A stretch of DNA of 63,731 bases, filler included, from Aduncisulcus paluster (GCA_024181965.1; 6 parts of 6 records of this genome joined end to end with filler, not necessarily neighbours in it), one strand, 5' to 3'. Positions 1 through 11,467 are shown, counted from the first letter of the whole stretch. Notes: generated by a model from the letters alone, not told the origin. Made by a program: numbers and translations.

Positions 1-443
1 CAGCAAGATGGGAAACAACGGAAAGGACGGTTAAACCGACAGATTTCTTGTCCAGTCATCATGACAACTTTAGCTTCGAAAGGACGAGAAGGACCACAAC
101 AGAATCTACAGCAGGCGTTTGACTCTTCCTGAAGCTTTAAAACCTTCCTTCCATCAGTGGCAACAACTTCATATTCTTGATTAGCATCACAACCACACAT
201 AATTTCCATAATACTTTTCTGTTGCATAACTCCGAGAGCGGGGTAATATTGGAGGTACTGGAGGGGATCGGTAATAGAAGCAGGACTAGGAATAGGGGCG
301 GGCATTGGGATTTGGGCGGGCATTCCACCAGCCATGGGCATAGGCTGACCCATTGGCATTCCGGGTTGCATCATTCCGGGTTGCATGCCTGGTTGCATCA
401 TACCTGGTTGACCATACATTCCTGGTTGTTGAGTTGTATGCAT
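1..443 (-). CDS. Phospholipid scramblase (PLSCR family), 3' end runs off the window start
   Basis: Not in the ORF track. Manual translation from ATG 443: MHTTQQPGMYGQPGMMQPG...DPLQYLQYYPALGVMQQKSIMEIMCGCDANQEYEVVATDGRKVLKLQEESNACCRFCCGPSRPFEAKVVMMTGQEICRFNRPFRCFPSC. It has a Pro/Gln/Met-rich N-terminus plus the PLSCR signature CCRxCCGPSRPF...GQE...RPxRC. Confidence 0.9.
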   Translation of the reverse strand, partial: MHTTQQPGMYGQPGMMQPGMQPGMMQPGMPMGQPMPMAGGMPAQIPMPAPIPSPASITDPLQYLQYYPALGVMQQKSIMEIMCGCDANQEYEVVATDGRKVLKLQEESNACCRFCCGPSRPFEAKVVMMTGQEICRFNRPFRCFPSC

Positions 444-941
444 TTCTTAGAAATAATAAATATGTCAGGAAATTGTGAAAAGAAAAATCGTTTCCATGTC
501 GGAGTCTATTTTTAGTCAAAAAGGTAGATGATTTGTTATAAACCGTTCTTATAATTGAAGGTAAGACTATCATGTAGTATTCATAAAAATTACCTTCATT
601 TGTCAATATTTCCCTCATGACAGACCCTATTTTTGGAAATTTAGATCCTTGAAAAATGACAGCCACTTATTTTTGACGGCATATTTTTATTATATTATCC
701 CTAATAAAGAAAAATAACTCATCAATAATGATTTTCCTTAATGTTTTATTATAGTAGATCGATTCGAGTAATATTCAACAATTCTGACAAAGAAAATAAT
801 AATATTATTAAGTTATATGTATTTTCAACACTAAATCAAATTATATTTCTTAATTTGCCAAATCCTAGTGGGATGAATTCGAAAAATGATTAATATTCGT
901 CTATTGTATCGATGAAAAAGATCTTAGCACATTAAATTTAC

Positions 942-2447
942 ATGACAGAAATAAGAGCTTTTTTAGAAATTGAAGTAGGTAAGGATTGGGAAGGTGGAGA
1001 AGCCGATTCTTCTCATTTTACTGATAAGGAGATATGTAAACAATATTTAGCTGGATTATGTATAAAAACATTCTATAACGAATGTGAAGCCGAACATAGT
1101 GATGGTCAAAGGAGTAGATTTCAGAAACATAAAGATAAATGGCTTTTTCCATATTACCATGAATTGTTGCATGAATTGAGTATAAGACTCGAGAAAAAGG
1201 AGAAAAAGATACGATCAGCCCAGAATTCTATAAAACGAGAGCGAAGAGCGGCATTCTTCCCGTATGAACTTCGAAAGACAACAGATTTATTAATATCTGC
1301 TGATAGGTTAGATAGGCAGGCTCAAATTCTGGAAATAGAAAGTGGAATGCATGCTTCTTTGCAAACACAATCGGGTATCGATGCAGCTATCGCCAATTCC
1401 ATGACCTCAATGTCATACCGTAGAAAAGCCGACATGACGAGAGGTGATTGTACAAGAATCGCACCCCAACAATATACTGATGGGGCAAAAGTTCCAAAAT
1501 ATGAACGGGATGACCTTTTGATGAGGTTTCCTAGACTTCCCAGAGCAGTTAATCAACAGATAATCATTTGTTCTGTGTGTGGTGGGAAAATATGTGCAGG
1601 TGACTGTACGGAGCGTATAGTTAACCATTTTAAAGGTAAAGCCCATTCACAATGGAGGACTATGAAAGATACATGGGATTTAATTAGTTCTGGTAAGAAA
1701 TCCTATTCAAAGCGACTTGAGGATGAAAAAGAGCTTCGTTTGCAACGGATTGACTTGCGAGAACAACGTCATGCTACTCGTCTTCAAAGAAAAGCTGTCA
1801 GAGATGAGCTTCGGTCTCAACTCCTTTCAGCACGCTCTTCTTCTCACTCTCCCCCCCAGGATCCTCCACAACCAATTGAAGCCTCCTCCGCCCATGTGAT
1901 TAGCAAAGAAGAAGAAGAAGAGGAGAGTGTTGTTAAAGATATTATTATTGAACCAAGTCCCGGAGATATTCATTCACATAATGATGATATTGAGGCTCCA
2001 ACTAAGAATGCCGGAACAACATTGAAGGATTTGGATGAAGAGGAGGAGAAGGATAGAAAAGAATTGTTGGAAGATAGAGAGGAGGAGATGAATGATAGAT
2101 TGGCGGAAGAATTGTACGGAGTATGGATGACTCATCGTTTCTCTGATATTGAAATGCAGGAAGTCAGGAAAGTGGAGCACGACCGAATGGAGCGCAAAAG
2201 AAGAGAGATTGAGGAAGAACGTGGGAAGAGAAGATGTGCTGATGGATGGATCAACCCAGATGTTTTGTGGGCGGATTCACGTGTGGAGAAACAGCTCCAG
2301 CATTTCCACAGAGGCTATAGTCATGATAGTATGTCCAGAAGAGGACATGGACGAGGTCCTCCGAGGCATTTAGGAAGAGATAGAAGACACCATGGCCATT
2401 CCTCCCATGACGAATACCAGAGAAGAGGGAGAGGAAGATGGGGATAA
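942..2447 (+). CDS. LUC7: LUC7-like U1 snRNP-associated protein
   Basis: First zinc finger ICKQYLAGLC...C...H, coiled coil, second finger CSVCG...HFKGKAH, charged Arg-rich tail. Confidence 0.85.
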   Translation: MTEIRAFLEIEVGKDWEGGEADSSHFTDKEICKQYLAGLCIKTFYNECEAEHSDGQRSRFQKHKDKWLFPYYHELLHELSIRLEKKEKKIRSAQNSIKRERRAAFFPYELRKTTDLLISADRLDRQAQILEIESGMHASLQTQSGIDAAIANSMTSMSYRRKADMTRGDCTRIAPQQYTDGAKVPKYERDDLLMRFPRLPRAVNQQIIICSVCGGKICAGDCTERIVNHFKGKAHSQWRTMKDTWDLISSGKKSYSKRLEDEKELRLQRIDLREQRHATRLQRKAVRDELRSQLLSARSSSHSPPQDPPQPIEASSAHVISKEEEEEESVVKDIIIEPSPGDIHSHNDDIEAPTKNAGTTLKDLDEEEEKDRKELLEDREEEMNDRLAEELYGVWMTHRFSDIEMQEVRKVEHDRMERKRREIEEERGKRRCADGWINPDVLWADSRVEKQLQHFHRGYSHDSMSRRGHGRGPPRHLGRDRRHHGHSSHDEYQRRGRGRWG

Positions 2448-2542
2448 TCAGAGAGAGGGAGTATTATTTATCATTTATTTTTGACAAATTCATATATTAA
2501 TTATCCAGTTTTTCCAATTGAGGTAAATAAAGCGATTGAAAT

Positions 2543-3165
2543 TTATCCAGATAGTTTTTCTAAGGCAGTATCAGTGAATATGACTGGAGTATAATGAGAC
2601 TTATCTCGGGCACATTGAGATTCAAAATGACCTAATTGACAGCATCGAGTGCAGAATTGTTTCTTGAAAAATTTTGGATGACCATATTCACAGTTCGGAC
2701 CTTCAGGACAAAACCCTGCCATATATAAGGGACATGGCATGCTCTTAATATGATCTCTGGTACATTTTGATCCATTTTTACAAAAACCTTGGGAGAATGC
2801 AATACAAGCACTTGAATATTTTAAATCAACATCAATATGCCGATACATACATCTGGGATTGGTACATTCATCCCCAAAATGACATTTCTGCATTCTAGCA
2901 AGATCTAATTGATGAATATATTCACATTTGTTCCCTTTCTTGCATCTACCTTTAATATAGTGTTTGCACACATCAGCTTTTCTAATATATGTTGTTCTCA
3001 ATAATAATCCGGCATATTCAGCAATTCCTTCTGGAAAATTAAAGACTCAATAAGAAAACAAATTTAAGACAGGATTACATAATATATTACCCAAATCAAC
3101 ATACCTTCTATTTTTTCCTCGATTTTCTTTTCGAGAGGGGTTAACTTAATGCCTTCTATATTCAT
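2543..3165 (-). CDS. CPSF4: CPSF30/YTH1 cleavage and polyadenylation factor; exons 3165-3105 and 3030-2543
   Basis: Four CCCH fingers (VCKHYIKGRCKKGNKCEYIH ... CPLYMAGFCPEGPNCEYGHPK) plus a C-terminal zinc knuckle. A 74-nt intron at 3104-3031 (GTATGT...TTCCAG) joins ATG 3165 in frame (phase 1). Confidence 0.88.
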
Positions 3166-3470
3166 ATCCCTCCTCCAGAAAACGTTATTAGTTGTATCGC
3201 ATGATTTTGGAAAATAAAACCAATTTATTTTGAAGATTACCGATCAATCTTAAAAATAAATCATGTTAAATATATTTATTGATTGCTGAATTGCTTCAAT
3301 TTTCGAGAAATGTTTCAAAGCCTATTCAACTTTATGTTCAATTCACACTATAATTAATATTCAAAATGCTCCAAACCCAGCATTCAATTATGTAATTTGA
3401 CGATTATAATTCAATATTCCTTGATATCATTCCAGGAGGTTTGATTGTCTTGGTTTGATTAGCTTTCAAT

Positions 3471-5699
3471 ATGGATCCATCACAATATCTTCCTGAAGGA
3501 TATTCTCCATCTAAGAAGGAGCAAGCTACACTTAATTTCATTGCTAAAAAGGCTCCTAGGTCCATCGAAAGGTTTCTTCCTTTGTTAGTTAGTAGTATGA
3601 TTGATTATAATTTGTCTCAGAAGCAAATTACTGCCGGTTTACACCATCTTGTCGATTTCTATCAAAAAGAGAGAAAATATGAGATGACTGAAGAGGAAAA
3701 AGAAAGCTATCACAAATCAATGGGAATTGGGATTGAATATTCTGATTTGGAGATATCAATTGCCGTTGATAAAGTTCTTGAGGAAAACATGGAACAACTT
3801 CTTGAACGTAGATACTTTGCTCCTTCTGCCTTCTATATGAGTCTTGTATCTGCTCTCCTTCCTTGGGTGGACACCAAGAAGACCCTTGCAATCATTGAGG
3901 AGAAAATGGCTCAGATTCTCGGACCTAAGACTGAGGCTGACCTTAAGCCTCCCGCAAAGACAAAGAAACCAAAGAAAGAAAAGGTGAAGAAAGAGAAAAA
4001 GGTCAAGGATAATGAGGAAGAAAAGGAGTCAGAATTCAAAGAAGTTGACCTCGAGAAACTCTGGACTTCTGTTCCTCAATACAATAGATATGAACAGAGA
4101 CCCGAGATTATGGAGGAACATGAAAGGGTAACCGGTGGGAAAGTTTTTACTCGTTTCCCTCCTGAACCAAATGGTTTCTTGCATATCGGTCATTCCAAAG
4201 CTATGTTCCTCAACTTTGGATACGCCCGTAGAGTCGGAGGAAAGACTTATCTGCGTTTTGATGACACTAATCCCAGTGTCGAAAAGGATGATTTTGTTGA
4301 AGGAATTAAGCATGATGTGAAGTGGTTAGGCCATGAACCATTTAATGTTACCTACACAAGTGATTACTTTGACCGTCTTTACGACTGTGCGATTGATCTG
4401 ATTAAGAGAGACCTTGCCTATGTTGATGACCAACAGAAGGTTGACGTTGCTCTCTTCCGAAAGGAGAAGAAGAACCCTCCCTGCCGTGACAAGTACTCTG
4501 TTGAGGAGAACCTTCGTTTATTCGAGATGATGAGAACTGGATGCTTCCCTGCTGGATCCTTCACTCTTCGTTTGAAGATCGATATGGCCCATCCTAATCC
4601 CAACATGCGTGATCCCATCGCTTACCGTATCCAATATTATCCCCACAACCGTACAGGTGACAAGTGGTGCATCTACCCATCCTATGACTTCTCTCACTGT
4701 CTCATTGATGCATTTGAGCATATCTCCCACTCCATGTGTTCCATTGAGTTTGGTAGTCGACGTGATAGTTATGATTGGCTCACTCACATCCTCCCTGTGT
4801 ACAGACCTATGCAATGGGAGTTCAGTAGGCTCGAGCTTGAGGGTGCAGTCATGAGTAAGCGTCACATCAACACTCTTGTGACAGCTGGCGTGCTGTGTGG
4901 GTACGATGATCCTCGTCTCATGACTATCGCTGGTCTCAGACGTCGTGGATTCCCTGCTGATGCTATTAACAAGTTCTGTGTGTCCGTAGGTATCACTCGT
5001 GCCAAGCAAACAACTTCCAAGCATGTTCTTGAGCATGTTATCCGCACTCACCTTGATGCCCATGCCGATAGAGCCTTCCTTGTCATTGATCCAATTAAGG
5101 TTACATTGAGAAACATTGAACCCTCTGAGGTCATTCCCATCATGCGCCCTGTTCATCCCAAGGATAAGTCCAAGGGTGAGCGTGAAATCAACATCAGTAA
5201 GGTGATATACATTGAGCGTGATGACTGGAGAGACGAGGACGAGCCTGGATACTACAGAATGGCTCCTGGAAAGACTGTCTGCCTTCGTTATGGTTATCCC
5301 ATCACTGTAGTTGACTCTGTTAAGGATGAGAGTGGAAAAGTCTGTGAGATTATCTGTGATGTCATCAGGCCTGACCAAAAGCTCAAGAAGAAGGTGAAAG
5401 GTTTCATTCATTGGGTATCTGAGCATGATTCCAAGGATTGTGAGGTTCGTCTCTACACTAATCTTTTCAAGGGCGACAAACCTGATCCTGAGAATTTGAT
5501 TGCTTCCGTTAACACAGGCAGTAAGGTTGTATATCACAAGAGTAAGGCTGATCCTGCGATCATTGGTGCTGCTGAGACCGTTAATACTGCTTTCCAATGT
5601 GAACGTGTCGGTTATTTCGCCATCGATGATGATTCTTCCAAAGATCACATTGTATTAAATAGAACTGTGACTTTGAAGGAAAGTAAGGATAAAATATAA
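3471..5699 (+). CDS. QARS: Glutaminyl-tRNA synthetase
   Basis: TRFPPEPNGFLHIGH (HIGH), LRFDDTNP, WCIYPSYDFSH, MSKR motif, anticodon-binding beta-barrels and a eukaryote-type N-terminal extension. Confidence 0.96.
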   Translation: MDPSQYLPEGYSPSKKEQATLNFIAKKAPRSIERFLPLLVSSMIDYNLSQKQITAGLHHLVDFYQKERKYEMTEEEKESYHKSMGIGIEYSDLEISIAVDKVLEENMEQLLERRYFAPSAFYMSLVSALLPWVDTKKTLAIIEEKMAQILGPKTEADLKPPAKTKKPKKEKVKKEKKVKDNEEEKESEFKEVDLEKLWTSVPQYNRYEQRPEIMEEHERVTGGKVFTRFPPEPNGFLHIGHSKAMFLNFGYARRVGGKTYLRFDDTNPSVEKDDFVEGIKHDVKWLGHEPFNVTYTSDYFDRLYDCAIDLIKRDLAYVDDQQKVDVALFRKEKKNPPCRDKYSVEENLRLFEMMRTGCFPAGSFTLRLKIDMAHPNPNMRDPIAYRIQYYPHNRTGDKWCIYPSYDFSHCLIDAFEHISHSMCSIEFGSRRDSYDWLTHILPVYRPMQWEFSRLELEGAVMSKRHINTLVTAGVLCGYDDPRLMTIAGLRRRGFPADAINKFCVSVGITRAKQTTSKHVLEHVIRTHLDAHADRAFLVIDPIKVTLRNIEPSEVIPIMRPVHPKDKSKGEREINISKVIYIERDDWRDEDEPGYYRMAPGKTVCLRYGYPITVVDSVKDESGKVCEIICDVIRPDQKLKKKVKGFIHWVSEHDSKDCEVRLYTNLFKGDKPDPENLIASVNTGSKVVYHKSKADPAIIGAAETVNTAFQCERVGYFAIDDDSSKDHIVLNRTVTLKESKDKI

Positions 5700-5977
5700 T
5701 TAATCTTGTTGACAGTTGAAATAGATTACAATATTAATAAATAGGCTTGTCGGAGTAGAAATCTATTTTAATATTCGATCCGGTCGAATTCAAGAAAACT
5801 TATAACATGAATATTGAAATAAATCTATTTTATTCAAAATTAATACATTATTTTCGCTAATAAAAATTATTTTGTCTAACGAAGAATTTTCTGGCGATTT
5901 CGCAACAATATTGGATTCATTATTTTATTATTTTATAATTTTATTTGATATAAATTTAATATTGTATTTTTATTACC

Positions 5978-7960
5978 ATGTTTAATCCCATGAATGCACA
6001 ATATCAGAGAATGGGCTATGTCCCAACTCCTACATACACTACGGGTGGTATGCCGGGCGGAATGGGTCCAGGAATGCCTTTAGGAATGGGGCAACCAATG
6101 GTTTCTCAACCTGTTCAACCATCCTATGTTCAACCTACCTCTCAGGCATCAATATACTCTCAACCTCCTCCTGCCCCTATTTCCCAGCCTCATGTTGAAT
6201 CTCTCTACCCAGGCCATGTTCCAGTACCCGGTGGAATGGCTCCTATGCGAGCTAAGCCAATTCTTCCCGTGATTCAAACTCTTGATACCGGAGTTACTTC
6301 GACCCCTGTTGGTGCTGCTCCACCACCAATCGCCCCTCCTGCCCAACCAACTGGGTGGTTTGCCGGATTTCGCTCCGGACTTGCAGCCGTTACCGGAATT
6401 GGAGCAGGAATGGGCTCAAATGATATTGATGCTCTTTATTCGTACGGAACTCCAGAATATTTCCAGGCTCAAAAGGCCAAGAAGAGACAATTTGTTGAAT
6501 CTTTTGCTCTCAATGATACCAATGACTTCCAAGAGCTTAGTCCAGCCGACCTACAACACATCAGTCTTGATTTGCTTGCTGCTGAGAAAGAGTATCACTT
6601 TCGAGGTCGTTTGCCCTTCTGTTGTTCTGGATTGAAGGATATTGGAGAAGTATATGGACATGGTATCCGTTATTACTTCTTTTTCCTTTATTTCCTTTGT
6701 TTTGTCAATTTTATCCAACTTCTCTTCTCTGCCATTCCTGTTGTCCATTATTTCCTCCTCAAGAAGAAAGAAGGCTTTGATCTCCCAGCCTTATCCGAGC
6801 TTTTATTCTACTCTTCCACAACTTTCCCTCTTGTTCACTCCACTTGGCGTATATGTGCCGTTTTGACCATTATTTGGTGGTTTTTGAATGGATTCCTCTA
6901 CGGCATTGTCTTTAACCGCTACAAGAAGAAAGTCAAGGAGGAAGAACAACAAGCTAGAGCCGAGCACATTCGTGATATTGTCGGAAGTACTGTTGTCGGT
7001 GATGTAACTCAACTCGGCCTCGATGACCTTGATGATGTTGACCCTTACACTGTTGGAGCTGATGATGGATCTTCCAGATCGGATGAGAGAGCTGAGAATG
7101 CCGGAATTGGGTCTGTTTCACGATTCTTTAGACAACTATTCTCGTGGTTGATATTCATAGTTTCTCTATGTCTTTCTATCTATCTTGTCTATGTTTTGTA
7201 TCATATCCCCACTTCCTCTAATCCTTTCTGGGCCACAATGCTTCCTTTCATCACATCCATCTCAATCTCTGTCTTGAATGTTATCTGGAAATCTGTTGGA
7301 AAGATCTTGACCGATAAGCTTGAGAGACCCCGTACATGGAGTGCCACAAGAAAGAGTGCTTTGGTGAAGACATTTGTGTTTAAGATGGCCAATCTGGTTG
7401 CTCTATATGCCATTTCTGGTCTTGTTACTTCCGGAGAGGAAGAAGATCAGATCTGTCCCCTCGCCGGTACTGGAAAGCAGTTCACAGTCAATATCATACT
7501 TGACATGACCGCCTTCAATGCTCTTGAGATTGGAATTCCCTTGGTTTTATATGGATTGATGAGAAAATGCTTTGGATCCAAGAAGACAGACGAAGAGATG
7601 AGATCTGTGTTCGATCTCTCTGATGAGTATCTCGAATTGTTCTACAGACTTTCTCAATGCTATTTTGGGACTCTTGGATCTCCTCTTATCGGTGGTCTGT
7701 GTCTTATTGCTAACTTGCTTGAGATTGCTGTTGACAAGAGTCGTTTGTTCTACATCAATCGTATTCCACAGAGAATGGAGAGTGGAATGCGTGGCTTCAT
7801 TATTTTCTATCTCTTTATTGTTGGCTGTTGTGCTTTCTTCGCTTACCCAAATGGAGCCTTGATCGCTATCTACAACCTGTGGGCCCAAGAACCCCCTTCA
7901 GGCAAAGTGTGGGAATTATCCTTCTTCTCAAGGCCTGATTATCAATACTGTTGGGATTAA
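5978..7960 (+). CDS. Transmembrane channel-like (TMC family) protein
   Basis: YGHGIRYYFFFLYFLCFVN resembles the TMC pre-TM1 motif (FGxGVxSYFxFLRWL..N). ICPLAGTGKQF...FDLSDEYLELFYR...G..SPL resembles the TMC domain. Multiple TM helices and a Pro/Gly-rich N-terminus. Confidence 0.7.
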   Translation: MFNPMNAQYQRMGYVPTPTYTTGGMPGGMGPGMPLGMGQPMVSQPVQPSYVQPTSQASIYSQPPPAPISQPHVESLYPGHVPVPGGMAPMRAKPILPVIQTLDTGVTSTPVGAAPPPIAPPAQPTGWFAGFRSGLAAVTGIGAGMGSNDIDALYSYGTPEYFQAQKAKKRQFVESFALNDTNDFQELSPADLQHISLDLLAAEKEYHFRGRLPFCCSGLKDIGEVYGHGIRYYFFFLYFLCFVNFIQLLFSAIPVVHYFLLKKKEGFDLPALSELLFYSSTTFPLVHSTWRICAVLTIIWWFLNGFLYGIVFNRYKKKVKEEEQQARAEHIRDIVGSTVVGDVTQLGLDDLDDVDPYTVGADDGSSRSDERAENAGIGSVSRFFRQLFSWLIFIVSLCLSIYLVYVLYHIPTSSNPFWATMLPFITSISISVLNVIWKSVGKILTDKLERPRTWSATRKSALVKTFVFKMANLVALYAISGLVTSGEEEDQICPLAGTGKQFTVNIILDMTAFNALEIGIPLVLYGLMRKCFGSKKTDEEMRSVFDLSDEYLELFYRLSQCYFGTLGSPLIGGLCLIANLLEIAVDKSRLFYINRIPQRMESGMRGFIIFYLFIVGCCAFFAYPNGALIAIYNLWAQEPPSGKVWELSFFSRPDYQYCWD

Positions 7961-8759
7961 TTGATTCATTGATTAATTGATTTGATTATTTCGATTTTTT
8001 CGTTCTTTGAATAGTTTTTGTGGGTATCACATTATTCATACATATCATTGTAATTATTATTGTTGTTATTAAATTTTACCATTCTATTTAATATATTCAT
8101 CGCTTGGCTCCTGTCTTATGGTCCAAATGTCGACAGACACAGGTTCGCATTAACTTGTACCATATTATTGAATATCCTGCCGTTTTATTTAATGTCTTGG
8201 GGTCTTTGATGATGGTTTCAATCATAACAATCTGAACTGAGTCATAACTCTTGAAAAGAACAATAAACAACTTCTATATCGAGAATTCTAAATTAAATGA
8301 ACATTGATAATTTATTTTTTGAATGAAATTATTGATTTTAATTAATATTCTGAACTCAAGGGCATGATTTTTTTTTTTGGTTCGAGCACAAACTTTGTCA
8401 ACAAAAAAGGCAAAAAATCTTGATTGCCATCTAACTCAGGGGGTTCAATTGAATTAGCAAATTCCAGTAAAACTAAAATAAAACACATTGAATAGATAAA
8501 AAAATTTATTTTGGCTTTTCAAAATTTAACAGGGAGGCCGGAACAATTTCCAACAATTTCAAGCCATTTTATTAATTGATTTCTAAATAAATTCCATTGC
8601 CTTAATTTCACGGCATTGTTGATGCAATATTACTCTTGGAAGTATACAAAATTTCATGTTGAAAGTAAAATGAATCCGAAGAGCCATTTCTTTTGCGTAC
8701 GGAACTTTTCCCGAGATCTTGTCGCTTTTTTCACTCTCATAATAAGCTAACATTGCAAT

Positions 8760-9854
8760 ATGGTTCGGAATAATCTCCACCACTTTGTGTTTCTATTCCA
8801 ATCTCGAGAGTTTTCAACCAAGTCGAAGAATGAAAAGGATAATTTCATTGAAAAAAGAATGACAACGATCAAAAAATGTATGAGGGAGTTTGGCATTTTC
8901 CCTAAAAAAATAGATGTACTTCAGATTCCTATAAAAGGAACCTCAAGGTATTTTTTGATCATATTCCGACCAAATTTCTTTCATTTGACTTCTAAACAAA
9001 GTCTGATTCTTGATACCAATTGTTTTCAATGGATAAGCAAGCAATTAGGACGCAGACAATTCTTTATTTCGATTAAATCTTTTCCGGATACATTCTGCCG
9101 TGGTGTCATGTTTCCCGTCTCTTGCAAAACCCTCAGAAAGCTTGCCAAAATCCATAGAAAACATTTGTTTATTATTCAACCCGATACACCAGAGAAAGGT
9201 AATATTTCTCTCGCTATTGGCTTCTCAAATGAATCACAAATTAGTTCGTTTTGTTCTCATGTTGATAAAATTTTAGTATCAAATGGGAAGAGTGGTTCTT
9301 TTTCTGCTTCTTCTGTCCTTGGACAAGCTGATATCTCCCCATCTTGCTCTGATTCTTTCGATTTTGATTGGCATTGTATTTCTACAGGTAATTCCAATAC
9401 CTTTTCCAATCCTGACATTGAAAAACACACCGAGGAGAGAGATCTCGATTCGGAGGATCTCTGTGATCCTTTACCTCCCACCCACCATGGTGAGTTCTCT
9501 TTCTCGACAGTATCCTCCAAAGTTCCGCCACCAAAGGTATTCTCAACGTCCATTGATGATGAATATCGCCCTATTCCTCATCAATTCATGCCCTTTCGGA
9601 GGAGTTCTGTCCTTCATTCTCCCTCTCTCTCTCCCTCTCCCCTCTCTACCTCTTCTTCACTCCATTTCCCCTCGGTTCCTCCTGTTTTCGGCATGAGAGA
9701 TGACCAGCAACAAAGTGCAAGGAACCACCACACCGAATTATACTCAACCTCGGCAAAACATTGTCAAATGGTCGATGGAGCACATTTGAGGAATGGTCGA
9801 GTTTCATCATCATTCTTCAACTGTTCACTCACCTCCTGCAAGCGATCTTGCTGA
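8760..9854 (+). CDS. Hypothetical protein; folded N-terminus (possibly degenerate RRM-like) and Ser/Pro-rich tail, may continue in another frame to 10188
   Basis: 364-codon ORF with elevated GC. FCRGVMFPVSCKTLRKLA and LAIGFSNESQISSF loosely resemble RNP2/RNP1 elements. Confidence 0.5.
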   Translation: MVRNNLHHFVFLFQSREFSTKSKNEKDNFIEKRMTTIKKCMREFGIFPKKIDVLQIPIKGTSRYFLIIFRPNFFHLTSKQSLILDTNCFQWISKQLGRRQFFISIKSFPDTFCRGVMFPVSCKTLRKLAKIHRKHLFIIQPDTPEKGNISLAIGFSNESQISSFCSHVDKILVSNGKSGSFSASSVLGQADISPSCSDSFDFDWHCISTGNSNTFSNPDIEKHTEERDLDSEDLCDPLPPTHHGEFSFSTVSSKVPPPKVFSTSIDDEYRPIPHQFMPFRRSSVLHSPSLSPSPLSTSSSLHFPSVPPVFGMRDDQQQSARNHHTELYSTSAKHCQMVDGAHLRNGRVSSSFFNCSLTSCKRSC

Positions 9855-11367
9855 TGATAGATTCTATTTCTCCTCAGATTCCTTTCCTCCAGCATGCAGG
9901 GCCCGTCCATCTGTACAGAGGAATGTGTTTGAGTCTAGTACAATTGGAAATCCTCTCCATCCGTCGATCTGTCCACCCTCTTCCTCTCTTTGTATATCAT
10001 CCATGTGTCCCCATGCTCAATTTCATGAGTATGGACGTCGACAGGGGTATGTTGATGCTGAATACCGTTGTGAGGCTGGGTTGGGACGACACATTTCATC
10101 ATCACATGATTTTTATCATAGCACTCATGCCTCCTCGGGGCCCACTGCTTTGAATCATTGTCCTCATCAATTTTTGTTCCAAAAATAGAATTCTTGAAAT
10201 GCCCGGTTTTGTTTTCGTTTTTATGATTATGTTATTATTATATGATTCTTTATGCATACAATTCAAAAAGCATGATTGGTTTATTTTTTATATATCGATA
10301 TATATATATATCACTATTTATATGAACTCTTTTTTTTGTGTGTTTTGTGAGCTTTCTCTCTTGTTTTTAATTATTATTCTAATTCTCTTATGATTTTATG
10401 TGTTATTTCCCTCCTTATTGGTAATTTTATTATTTTATTCTCGGTTCGGCACTTGATTTTGATTTTGGAATTATCTCAAAAATTGATTCCGATTGTTCTA
10501 TGTTTCTCTCGAATTTTTTGTTTTGTTTTTATTTTGGTATGATAATTGAAATTGACCTAATTTAATATATATTATTTTTTTATTTAGATTGAGCGTTCTT
10601 ATTGGAATTATTTCTCTATCTTCTCGAACACTCAGCTGATGATATTATTCTTGTTTAGTTTTTTTGTCGCTGACTCTCTCTCGTTTCCATCGAATAGAAT
10701 ACAATGAATTTCTAAGTACCTATTATTCTTATTGAAGGGAATGTGGTGGGTTCATGCAAATAAGTTTTGTTTTACTTCTATATTTCTCTATGCACTTCCA
10801 TTTTATATTGTGGTGTGAATAGATTTACTTATTTTATTTATGTTATCTTAATTATTTGAAATTTAGTTATAACATTATGGTTGTTGTTTTCTCGGAGAAA
10901 CTACTGTTTGATTTTTTGTTGTTATTCTTTTCTTTTTTTTTTTTTTTTTTTTTCAATCTTCTTCTGGTCTGTCAATTTTAAAAATATTAATTAATTAATT
11001 AAAATTTAAAAGTATTATTTTTTTAATATTTATTATAAATTAATCTTATTATTATATTTTCTTATATATAATATATACAAACAATGTAAAGGCTTTTCCT
11101 TCTCAAAAGCCACGTCAATTTTTCCACATTTTTCAGTTGTTACGATGAGGAATTTTACATTTCAATGATCTGCCTTTCAGTTATTACTAACTAGTTATTC
11201 TATACTTCTTATTCGTTTGAAATTAACCTCAAAATTCCTCGCATTTCTGGTTGTATGTAAAATAAGGTTAAAACACACACTTTGGTTTCTCTCTTTTCTT
11301 TTCATGTAATTCCCTGCCACATTTGCTCTCAACAATATTCCTTGTTTACTATTAGACTAATTATGGT

Positions 11368-11467
11368 NNNNNNNNNNNNNNNNNNNNNNNNNNNNNNNNN
11401 NNNNNNNNNNNTTAATTAATTAANNNNNNNNNNNNNNNNNNNNNNNNNNNNNNNNNNNNNNNNNNNN
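11368..11467. other. Artificial contig spacer
   Basis: 44 N + TTAATTAATTAA (stops in all six frames) + 44 N. Confidence 0.98.

Noticed and set aside
4518-5648. 376-aa antisense ORF inside GlnRS (similar ones inside Sec61 and RNase T2)
   Set aside because: These are in-register antisense shadows expected from codon bias, with no recognisable motifs.
11412-11423. Recurrent TTAATTAATTAA palindrome
   Set aside because: It is a synthetic six-frame stop linker embedded in N runs.
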